Below, in pieces: positions 53,601 to 64,000 of a stretch of DNA of 64,000 bases. The DNA comes from Macrostomum lignano. Its lineage: Eukaryota. Numbering within the stretch: position 1 is the stretch's first letter; each line of letters begins with the position of its first letter. Where the stretch lies: positions 1-64,000 of the forward strand of contig NIVC01001368.1 of the NCBI GenBank assembly GCA_002269645.1. The letters are read 5' to 3'. A model generated the notes under the pieces. That model was not told where the DNA came from and did no database searches. It saw only the letters and a program-made list of their open reading frames with translations. The position numbers were made by a program, and so were the translations under genes.

Positions 53601-54899
53601 CCCTATTGGAATAAGTGGTATTTTCGCGGACGGCGTCCGGCGCACTTTTTCTTTTTCCTCATAGTCATGGCGCATGGCGCGCTACGCGCGCCATGCGCCA
53701 TGACGCACAGCAGCTCACAGGTAAGATGCAAGGAGGACATCACGCGCTACATACAGCGCTGCTGAACAAGGATGAGAAGCATGCACAGGAGAAAGTCAGC
53801 AGCACGGTGGAAATTCAGCAAACTGTAAGTAAAACTTGTAAACTTGTAAACGCGCACTGGCGCACAGTGGCGCACAACGGCGCATACCAGAGGACACCGG
53901 CGCATGGCGGCGCGGCGCGGCGGGCGCCGCGCCACATGCAGCGTTACCCTTGTGGCGATCCCATGTAACGATGTAAGTCGTTACTTGTTACAGTACACTA
54001 TTCACTGTTCTATCTAATGTAACACTGCATTCTACCAAAAAATAAAAAATAAAATAAAATATTTTCCTTTTCCTTTTTACCTTTGTTTTTGCCATTTGCT
54101 TACTTTTTATGTTTGTTTTGTTTTAAAAATTAGAAATTTAATTAAAAATTTTTTAAATTTCTATTTTCGGTTTAACGATCTCAATTTCTCATAATATAAT
54201 ATAGATAGCCCGTAACCGTCCCGTATATTGGCGCGCAAAAATTGTTGCTATGTTGTAAAAAAAGGTCTTTTATTGTCGCAAGGCAGGTAGTGGCGGGCGC
54301 ACAACGGCGCACACGAGGGTTTTTGTGTCGGCGCACGGCGCACAATTTTGGGAGAGGCCAAAATTTGTTCCGGCGCACACTCTGCCACCTTCCTGACTAT
54401 GGCGTCCATACCACCTTAGGATTTGAAGATTGTCATGACGCACCGTCCAGGCCACTTTATGATTGCCATGGCGCACTAGATGCACTGTCCACAGTGTCTG
54501 AAAACTTATTCCAATAGGGACATACTAATCCAACATTTTATCATTTATTTTTTCTTAGATTGTATACATTACATACAAAAAAGATTTGGTAAAAAAATTG
54601 GCTGATAAGGCAATGACAAGCAAAAATATTGACTTTTTTCTATTTTCCAAATATGTCCATCTTATATGGAATGGGCCTATAGCATTAGTAGGCCTAGTAA
54701 TATTTGTATTAGGATTACATATAAGCTATATAGTCAAGATCATGGTAAGTATATATTATTTGAAGTTCATCTAATTCAGTTATTTAATTTAGTCATTTTT
54801 ATCTAAATCAACTTTGCAATATTGGTTAGCAAATGGGCAATATAGCTTGGCTTAAGCAAGCATGCTAATCAACAAATTCTGGTTGTTTTGCCCTCAAAC

Positions 54900-55447
54900 T
54901 ATTTTGGCCATGGACATTTTGCCCATAGTCCATTTTGCCCATGAACTAGTTTGGCGATAGGCATTGCAGCCAAAATGGTGATTATGTAATTTTAGAGATA
55001 CAGCCATACATGTATCTTTCTTTTTTCAATGCTAATTTTTAGTTTTAATGTGTAAAAAACTATGATCTAAATTGTTGTTACAACAATTCTGTTATTGCAA
55101 TTTTGTTTATTATGATATGAATTATTACAAGTTTTTTTAAAAAGGGTCTCCATAAAATGCACCCTGCAAAGCCTTGTAGGCCCTAGTACTATACATTAAA
55201 ATGAATTGTACTATAACTAAAGACATTTCAAAGGTTTTGGTTATAGCAAGGTAAAGCTAGAAATACTAAAAGAATAAGATTTGTCACCAAAATTGAAAAT
55301 CAAAGCACGGAGTTTAAAACTATAAAGTTTAGAAATGGTCCATGGCCGAAATGGTCTATAGATGAAATGGTCTATGGGCAAAATGGTATATAGCCTATAT
55401 ATTATAGGCAAAATGTCTATGGCTAAAATGGTTTTTGGGCAAAATGA
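54900..55447. repeat. Inverted clusters of a ~15-bp motif (ATTTTGCCCATAG..), possible transposon ends
   Basis: attttgcccat units at 54900-54960 are mirrored by atgggcaaaatg units at 55330-55447. Confidence 0.4.
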
Positions 55448-56322
55448 CCATTGACCAGTTACCTAATCAACCACTTTACTGTTTTCTAATACATTTTGTC
55501 CCTGACCTAGCCCCACTTGCCTCTGCATTGCTTAGATCTACCTTGCCTTGCTTTGCCAGGCTAAATTTGCTATAGTCTATAGTATAGACCCAATTTATCC
55601 TAAATTTTCCATGAAAAAGTCATCTTTCTGACTATGGCCATGGGATATAGCTAGGCCTACTATAGGCAATAGGCCTACAACTAAGCCTAGTAAAATTTCT
55701 GGGCTTTCACTGTCTGGATAGTCTTGATTAGGGCCTATCGCGTGGATTACCAGAGCAGTGCCACCCTCTGGCAGTCTAAATTCAATCTTTATAATAGACC
55801 TAGGCCTATACTATAGGCTATAGTACAAGTACCTAAACCCTACTAGGCCTACCTTTAATAGACTGATAGTAGAATATCAAATAGATTGATAGCTCGCAAT
55901 GAGTGTTCTCAGATATTTATTTAATAGGCTAAGTAGCACGACAAATTCAACTGCACCCAGGCCATTCTATATGATAGCTGACGTATGAGCATAGGCCTGT
56001 AGTTGGGATATGTGCAAAATGTATAGAAAAGGTTTCAACTCAGTTTTGTTTCGATTTGCCAACTTGGTGAGAACTTTTGCAGAATTAAGTACCTATGCCG
56101 CGGCTAAGCCTAAGAGAAAGAATGCAAAGGGGATTAAATATATTCGAAAGAATGTGTCCTGACTCTGAAATGCCTTTAACGAGAATTCAAAGAAAGGTGA
56201 AAAATGACTGAATGAAAAAAAAACTGACTGAATTCCGTTTTTGATAATTTTATTTTAAGAATGATTTTTTAAAGATAGATAGATAAATAAAGGTAAATAT
56301 CAACATGAAGTATTATTTGAGT

Positions 56323-56368
56323 TGCCGATGCATTTCGTCCATTTGCATTAGGACATCGTCAGGGTCTT
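56323..56368 (-). ncRNA. Minimal type I hammerhead ribozyme of a Penelope-like element
   Basis: Minus strand reads GACC CUGACGA U GUCC-UAAUGCAAAU-GGAC GAAA UGCA UC GG: catalytic core, stem II, palindromic AUGCAU stem III, UC cleavage site. Confidence 0.78.
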
Positions 56369-57234
56369 TTTATTTAAGAAAAAATTTGAACGAATATTCA
56401 GTGTATATAGATAGTTGAGAGAGTAACAAGAGTAGTTGAATTGAGTTTTTAATTGATGGTTTAAAACTTGTACATAGTAATCAATTTTGATACAGTATTG
56501 GTTGGGTAAAGTTCATATCAGTTTCAAGCCAGTCCGGTCATTGACAAATCAGCTAAAAATTGGCAGTGGTTATTTTTACGGCTGAGCCGTAGATATAGCC
56601 CAAATACTAATTTTTACGGCTGGCCGTAAAAACGAGAAAACAAGAACGAGAAAAAGAGAGAGGAGAGAGGAGACAGAAGAGAAGAGTGTGGGAGAGAAGT
56701 GAAAGAGAAGTTTCAAAAGACCTTAGTGACGGAGAGGCCAGAGGCCGGAGGCCAGAGTTTGCCAACCAGGGGCGTCGCCACCGGCGGGTGGACAGCTGGG
56801 GGACATGTCCCCCCAGATAAAAGATATGGGGGGCACATGCCAATGCTTTGCCCCCCCCCGCACCCTTGTGAGCCGGCCATTACGTAAAATCAATAATTTT
56901 GCTGAAGGGGGACACTAATTCCAGTACACAAGTAGTGCGCATCATCGATCATCACACACCCTACGTCTGCAGCGTACCATTTTACCAAAAATATACGAGT
57001 ACATTGCATGTACAGCCAGATTTCGAAGTGACTAATTGTATCTGGTAGATACAAAAATCCTTATTCTTTAAAAAAATTTTACAGAAATGCAAATTACTTT
57101 GTTTTACTGTAAATTCTAATTGCAATAATTTAAAATCTAATGTGCATGAGAACAATATCAGTGGTCCTTGCATGAGAACCTGTAGCAGTGCAATGTTCAT
57201 GTAACTATCTGGTAAAAGAACACGAACAATTGTA

Positions 57235-57474
57235 ATGGCTATCCAATTAGGTGCTCGATTCAAAAATTTCTTGGAGTTTAAAAATGCTGTGCGCTTGTTT
57301 GAGAAGGAGAATTTTGTGCGGTTTTACTTGCGCGATTCTCGAAGCCCAGCTCAATATAGAAGAAAGTATTCACGCCCAGCGGAGGGATCTTTGGGATTAG
57401 CATCAGCCAAGTTTGTCTGTGTTCATGGTGGAAGCTACCAGACAAAAGGACGTGGCACAAGACCACAGCAGGGG
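57235..57474 (+). pseudogene. MULE transposase N-terminal (FAR1/ZSWIM3-like) exon fragment
   Basis: LGARFKNFLEFKNAVRLFEKENFVRFYLRDSRS..FVCVHGG..GRGTRPQQ, ending at a GTAAG donor; no DDE exons seen downstream. Confidence 0.7.
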
Positions 57475-57953
57475 TAAGTACATGTAAAGTGTGCGTGCAC
57501 ATGTAACTTCGTATGAAAGTATAATATTCTTGATAAATGCAAATTATTGTTACTCGTCAGTATAGTTACATGTGTAGTACACTTGGCGCCCAAAAAATAT
57601 GTACATCAATTCAGATACTAAACGACTGAGCAATTGAAAAAATTCACCATTCACGAGCTAATTGCATAAAAATATTCTAGTGTGAAAAAATTACGAAGTC
57701 ACGGTTTAGGGATCACCGTAGTGTAGATCAAATAAGCTGGGATGAATAATGAATGAAGAAAGTATTTGACTTGGATAAATAAATCTGTAATTTAATTGCA
57801 CACATATATATTTATATATTACGAGCGTATTAATAGTCACAAGCTGGTGAACAAGCGGATTTTGAACCCGCTGAATTGATCCACAATCGATCAACGGAAT
57901 TGTTTTATGTTTTGCATGCATTCTTAAAAATCTGATGTCATATTCAAACACAT

Positions 57954-58202
57954 GACTACGTAGGACGCAGATAGAGCTGGGTTTTCAGATTAACATGACA
58001 GATTAACAGACATGTAACGGTAGGACCCCTCTGGGTTCCATATACTCGTAGGTTCCTCTTAGGTTCCATATTGCATGGCAAATTAAGTTGTCTATGGCCT
58101 TACTTTCTCGAGTTAATTCAAATGCTGGGCCATAGAACTCTATGGGCCGTTCCGTTCTGGGAAGATTCTGAAAACCCAGCTCTATCTGCGTCCTACGTAG
58201 TC
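57954..58202. mobile_element. ~250-bp MITE with 36-bp perfect TIRs, nested in the MULE
   Basis: GACTACGTAGGACGCAGATAGAGCTGGGTTTTCAGA and its exact reverse complement; ACAT on both flanks. Confidence 0.85.
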
Positions 58203-58355
58203 ACATGCTTGTTCAGATAGAGGTAAACAAAAAATAGGTTCAATTCATGTAAAAATAAGATAAGATATTTGAGGCCAGCATTAATCTCATCAGCTGGGTT
58301 GCAGAGCTAGAGTGAGACTTGAGAGGCAACGTCTAGCTAAAACATGTGTTGGCAA

Positions 58356-58734
58356 CAGGGGCGTCGCCATGGATTTTATGGTGCGGGGGGGCAAAGCCAA
58401 GAATTCTACATGTACATGTACTCGTATGACGAACATTATTTTCAGAAATCGGTGTTGTCAGCACTCATTTTAGCGCCGCAAGCACTCATTTTGGCGCCGC
58501 AAGCACTCATTTTAGTGTTTTTTTGCGCCGCAGACACTCATTTTAGCGCCGCTAAAGCACTCTTTTGGTGCCGCAGGCGCTGTTTTGTCACCCTTCAGCA
58601 AAATTATTGATTTTACATAATGGCCGGCTCACGGGTGCGGGGGGGGGCAAAGCATTGGCATGTGCCCCCCCCCATATCTTTTATCTGGGGGGACATGTCC
58701 CCCAGCTGTCCACCCGCCGGTGGCGACGCCCCTG
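58356..58734. mobile_element. hAT-type MITE nested in the MULE
   Basis: TIRs CAGGGGCGTCGCCA / TGGCGACGCCCCTG; perfect 8-bp TSD GTTGGCAA. Confidence 0.9.
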
Positions 58735-60010
58735 GTTGGCAAACTCTGGCCTCCGGCCTCTGCCTCTCCGTCACTAAGGTCTTTTGAAACTTCTCTTTCA
58801 CTTCTCTCCCACACTCTTCTCTTCTGTCTCCTCTCTCTCTTTTTCTCGTTCTCTCCCCTCTCCTCTCGCTTTTCTCTCTCCGCTCTTCTCTCTTCTTATC
58901 TTATTTCTTTTTTCTTTATATCACCTCTCTCGCCTCTCCTCTGTTTTCTAATCGTCTATTCCTTCTCCTTTCCCCTCTCATCTGTCCCGCAGCCATGAGC
59001 TGGATCCTTTATCTGCATGGCCCTCGATGATGGCCTCTAAATAAAAGTCCTACCGAGACCCTTGCTTCGAAAGCCAGTTTGTTGGACATACAGTACATGT
59101 AGTACTCTCATGGTTGTTTCATTCCGTCGGCCGTTTGCTGCATATGACTGCTTTGATCACGTCATCTTAATTTCTGGCCAATTCGCAGCCCTGAGAGGAA
59201 TTTGTGTAGTTTCTGTAGCTTCACGTACTGCAGCAGTCTAAAAACCTATTACGCTTGTCTTAGAGGCATTTAAATTTGATGTGCCTTGACCCCTTGAGGT
59301 ACATGTAAAGGTTAAAATTTCCATGGTGCGACTAAATTAGTAGAAATTGTGTTCTACATGTATATGACTTTTACATACATTTTTCGCTTTAAAAAACCAT
59401 GCCATAATGCCAATGCCAATTGTCTTATGTATTAATTTCTATCTTCCTCATTGACTGTTCTACAGAGTTTTCTATACAGATGACATGCAGTAGTTAGAAT
59501 TTCTCAGTACATGTGTAGAGATAATAACATTAATGTTTTTTGCCATAAAAATTACATTTCAGATGTAAAAAACCGGTGCCAAACCGGTGACAAGATCGAT
59601 CCGACGACGTATGGTCAAAGCGGCGACAGAAAATCCGGCGACAAGATGTACATTGTACACCCGTGTCTCTCGAGTAGTGTAGAGTACTGTACTGTACTTG
59701 TACTGTAGTGAAAATAGTATCAATTGAATCGTAAAATACAGGTAATACGATTTTAGTATGGATAGTAAAAATAGTTCAAAAACTGTCATGAAATTAAATG
59801 CCAGCTATTGAAACGGCTATTAAGAATAAATTACAGACAGCCGTAAAAATAGTAGTTCCAGGTTATATCTACGGCTGGCCGTAAAAATAGACAAATTCGT
59901 TATTTTTACGGCTCAGCCGTAATAATAACAACTTTTGACATTTCTACGGCCAGCCGTAAAAATTAGTATTTGGGCTATATCTACGGCTCAGCCGTAAAAA
60001 TAACCACTGC

Positions 60011-60560
60011 CTAAAAAATTCTGAGTTGACGGCTAGCCCCACCCATCGCAAGTTGGTTATTTAACGTGGGCTGTTTGGTCTTAATGTACAGGGCTTCTAA
60101 TAGGCAGAGCATGTGATCTCTATTACAAAAATCAATAGCCTTTATCATTTCGTGTGGTTCAGCCTCACAACAAGAATTGCAGGTTAGCAGGTGTTCGTTA
60201 ATAGCAGAGTTTTTTAGCCAGTGCTCTCTGACCCTCGTGTATAAGTGTCGTTTAGTTTTTCCTATGTAGGAGATGCTCTGGTCCTCAGAGCAAACAAATT
60301 TATACACGACACCAGCCGCGAGAGGACGTGGAACACTGGATTTCAACTTGCAGACGAACTTAGCAATCTTTTCGGTGCGAAACACAACACGGATTTGAGT
60401 GTTTAAGTCTTTACGGAGCAGCTTTTCTAACTTCTTTTTAAACTCTATAGAACAAACACCAAAGTAAGGCAAAGTGATCAAGGGACATTCAGAGGTGGAA
60501 TCACGAACTTTCATCCGAGTAGGTTCAGTCAGTTTGTCATTGAGAAAAGAGTTGACAATC
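60011..60560 (-). mobile_element. 5'-truncated Penelope-like element, GIY-YIG endonuclease region
   Basis: LPYFG..IRVVF..GVVYKFVC..YIGKTKRHLYTRVREH..SAINEH..LEALYIK..QPTLNNQ..LRIF*, typical of the PLE C-terminus; RT absent. Confidence 0.9.
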
Positions 60561-62152
60561 TAAAGATAGATAGTCCCTAAAACCTTTTGCTTATAATTTT
60601 GGAAAGCCTAGAAGTATATAAGCAGACCTAAAAAATTGAAACTTGGGTTCTCATTTTTGTTTGATTTTAAAAAAGTTCAAATGTGCTGAACAAATGTTTC
60701 AAAAATGTCAAAGCGTGACAACGAATTGTCTATGGCTCGCGCATAAGCTGGCGCTCGCCAGATTTCGTTGTCACGCACTGCAACCGCTAATTATTAATCT
60801 ATTCAACCATCGCTGTGCGTTAGCTCGGCGCACGAGTGTCTGACCATTATTCCACTCCGTTTACCTATTATACTAAACAATCCACCAAAATGTTTTCATT
60901 TTCTACGATGATCAGGGCGCGCATCTGCCTACACTGTACTGTCTTCAATGTCGTGGAGTAAGTGGTGCAGATCCTGGCTTTTCGCCAAGTCATCGAAGAG
61001 GCGCGGATACGCTAGCAGATCCTGATTGTTATCTTATCAGGATTGGCTTATTCCCGATTCTAGAACAATAATCAGTTTGAAACTTTTAATTTTGCTTGTT
61101 TTATTAATTTTCCAGGCTCAAAACTAGCTGTTTCTTGAACGAAAATTTCTCGTTTTACTGCGTTGTTCTAGTTTCTAAGCTATGGAAAGCTATGTTACCG
61201 ATTCTTTTGAGCTATATTTCATTCCTCGTGGCTTGTCTTCTCTCTAAAAAAATAAATAAGGAATACAGTAGCTAGCCGAAATGCCGAAAATTCTTCATAT
61301 CTTTATCAAAGAATTCATATTTGTAAATTGAACATATTTTTACGTACACTGTATACAGCTGTGTTAAGTTGGTGGTTGTCATTTTCCTACACAGGTACAT
61401 ACATGTACTGGTTTAGAACCATGCAATTATTCTGGTTTATATATACATATTGTAAATTTTAGAGAAAAGCCTCGTACGTCATTAAGTGAAAGTAGATAAA
61501 GTCAGAACATCATCATTCAGCCATCTCCACTGCATGACCATAGGGAAAAAGCAAGGCCGAAAACCACACCGATGCTCCATATCCAAGTATCTCCCATTTA
61601 CCACTGCTTTTACTGTCAAAGTGCGACATATGTATAAAAGGCGTGTACAAAAAAACACACATCTGTACATAAATATAGCCACTGGCTGACTGGCACAGTG
61701 CGTACGAATTCATGAGCAAATCATTTTGCTGTTGTTGTCCTATGATTTTCATGCCCACACATACATGTACAACTAAGCAGTTGGGGACATCAGTTCTCAT
61801 GTGTGCTGCTTCTTAAAGTCTATTGATTTTAAAGTGCATTTAACGATACAGTCAGCCCATAGCAAGACCTCAATCAAATTCTGCGCTGAAATGCATTAAA
61901 AAAACAAATATCTGTTTAAAGAAGCCATGAGTTAATTCGTTTCCCAATGCTGCCATAGACGTATTTGTGGCATCAACGCCAGGGTTTTTTACACAGACAA
62001 GACTGGACTGTGGAGACAGGTTCGATGGGCTGAGTCTCGAGCGCAGCAGTTTAAGTGAGAGCTGCAGCAGCTTGAGCTAATTTCCGATCTGCTAGATACG
62101 AGAGCACCACACGTTTTTCACTGGCATAGGACCACCCACTACGCCGCTAGCA

Positions 62153-62522
62153 ATGAGCTCGTATTTGATCGCACTTCTGGCAGTCGGCCTGATGAGCGCC
62201 GCTGCCCTGCTGACCAAGGCCGACGCCATCAGTACTGGCGAGATGCTCTTCGAACTAGCCAATGACGGCCACCACCATGACGACCATCACCACCACCAAG
62301 AAGGCCATCGCCACCGACATGAAGGCCATCGCCACCACTATGACGGTCATCACCATCACCATGACGACCATCACCACCACCATGACAGTCATCACCATCA
62401 CCATGACGACCATCACCACCACCATGACGGTCATCACCATCACCATGACAACCATCACCATCACCGACGGTCATCATCATTATCATGACGGTCATCACCA
62501 CCATGACGACCATCATCACTAA
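62153..62522 (+). CDS. Small secreted His/Asp-rich protein (annotated ORF ends at 62488; probable frameshift near 62462, true stop likely 62522)
   Basis: Signal-peptide-like MSSYLIALLAVGLMSAAALLTKA, then (D/E)xHHHHH heptads with synonymous CAC/CAT variation; the same register resumes in another frame up to TAA 62520-62522. Confidence 0.7.
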
Positions 62523-62999
62523 TATCGTGGTCACTGAATTCAAGCCAGAAGACTAAAACGTGACAGGCATTCGCATGTTGAAGTTTTATTCCGCTTCCTC
62601 GAATCCACTCCAACTTGTCATTGTACGTACATGTAGGCCAATCAGTCCAATTATCCACACAAATCATAATCCTAACACAACAGAAAACTCTATATTGATC
62701 GCACCTTCATCTAAGCATCTTTCCGCCTTTTATTTCAATTCTAGTGTCCGCTATTGCATGATTACATCTGTTGCAAAATGCTAATCAGTCCTGCATGTAA
62801 AAACTAACCAATTATTTGCTTTGATTCTGCTATCGATGCACTTGAAATAAATAAGAAATTGAAGTAAATTGGAGAAAATTAAATCAGAAATCAGTAATTT
62901 AAATCAGAAACAATGCTGTGTCAGTTCTTGCGTTTAAATAATTATCAAATTGCCATAGTCGCGAGGCCCTGAATACTGTTGATGGAGGCGGGTATGGTG

Positions 63000-63860
63000 G
63001 CAAGGATTAATAACGCTCGGACGCTCTGGGCCGGTGCGATGATAACAGAGTGGTGCCGCGTTGGAACTCGTTTGTCGCCGATCTTGAAGTCGACGAGTAG
63101 CAGGCCAGCGTGCGCCGCTTGATCTGGCTATTCGAGCGAGTCTACAGCTGTCAGGTCTCGATAGGCCGTCCGGTGTTGACACGCAGTTTCGTGTCACAGC
63201 ACATCGCCATGATGGCGGAAACCAGCTGATTTGGCACCACCATTGGGAACGCAGCCCTACATGTACTTATCCATCGACAAATACATAATCTACAAATCTG
63301 TGAATCTGTATATCTGCGAATCCCCAAGATAACATCAGGATCTGCTAGCGTATCCGCGCCTCTTCGATGCCTCAGCGAAAAGCCAGAATTTGTGCCACTA
63401 CTCCACGACCGAAGGCAGATCGATGCCCTCATACTCCTCCTCAAGGTTGTGCTGTGCGGCTTCTGAGAGGAATAGCTGCGATGTATTCCGTGGCCCATTC
63501 GTTGGGCGCCGATCCTCGCCGAAGAGTACGCGGCCGGTACTCTGGCGACCTAACTGCATGGCGTCCGGACCCAGCGCTTTCCCGCCCGGCGACAATTGGG
63601 CAAGCCTCAAAACGTCGGCTGTGCTTACTGGCACTATGCTGAAGCTCTTCTCCGGCGACGGCGTCTCAGACGGCAGCGTCAGATTGTCTGGCAGCGGGAG
63701 TGTCAGCGCGTTTACGATGGCGGCGAATTAAGAGTTCGTGCAGCTCATTCTGCGCCCATCAGCTGTAGTGTCGCCGGAACGCCGAGGCGACAGCCTCGGT
63801 TCGATCAGCGCTCCAACTCCTATACGGCCCTGAAGGTCCCTCCGGCGCCCAGTTACTCAT
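63000..63860 (-). mobile_element. Degenerate non-LTR retrotransposon (RTE-like) fragments; a related 3'-end piece lies at 60950-61035 (+)
   Basis: VSTADVLRLAQLSPGGKALGPDA (pre-RT KAxGPD motif) and VPNQLVSAIMAMCCDTKLRVNT/PDG (RT internal), broken by stops and frameshifts. Confidence 0.5.
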
Positions 63861-64000
63861 GGTAGTCCCAGATCAGCCTTGATAGACACCTCCTATAGGC
63901 ACGTTTATGACAGATTTCTCCAAAAATGACGACAAAATGTGTCATGAAGTCATTTTTTGGTACTGATGTCATTTTTTATGTGTCATGAAAAATGACAAAC

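Larger units (their letters stand above)
56562..60011 (+). mobile_element. Non-autonomous Mutator-like (MULE) DNA transposon
   Basis: Perfect ~67-bp TIRs starting GGCAGTGGTTATTTTTACGGCTGAGCCGTA; flanks TAAAAATT / TAAAAAATT; subterminal TACGGCnnGCCGTA repeats; internal transposase-like exon. Confidence 0.85.

Noticed and set aside
53625-54390. GGCGCA-rich patches as a gene or a defined MITE
   Set aside because: No credible ORF, and no clear TIR pair or TSD could be assigned.
62229-62543. Minus-strand Met/Val- or Gly/Asp-rich ORFs and the plus-strand Thr-rich ORF
   Set aside because: Alternative frames of the His repeat; only the His frame has a signal-peptide-like start.

Overview
Eukaryotic (animal) genomic DNA, not prokaryotic. 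GC-rich spliced exons alternate with AT-rich spacers, and most long introns and intergenic gaps carry their own minisatellite. This style resembles a free-living flatworm such as Macrostomum, but the taxon is my inference. Nine protein genes lie on the minus strand, left to right: AGAP/centaurin-gamma-like (5' part resolved), a divergent RPSA, COA3, Rab14, two tandem PB1-domain MAP3K2/3-like kinases (one catalytically atypical), SCO, SUZ12 and Orai (lacking the TM3 glutamate). Several are closely spaced with a splice acceptor just before the ATG, suggesting spliced-leader-resolved operons. The only plus-strand gene encodes a small secreted His/Asp-rich protein. Mobile DNA includes two CORE-like tRNA SINEs, several MITEs, a Mutator-like element inserted at the stop codon of a Penelope GIY-YIG ORF whose 3' part carries a hammerhead ribozyme, and LINE and Gypsy remnants. 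A 5.3-kb satellite lies between the kinase paralogs. All family calls come from recalled motif similarity; no database search was run.
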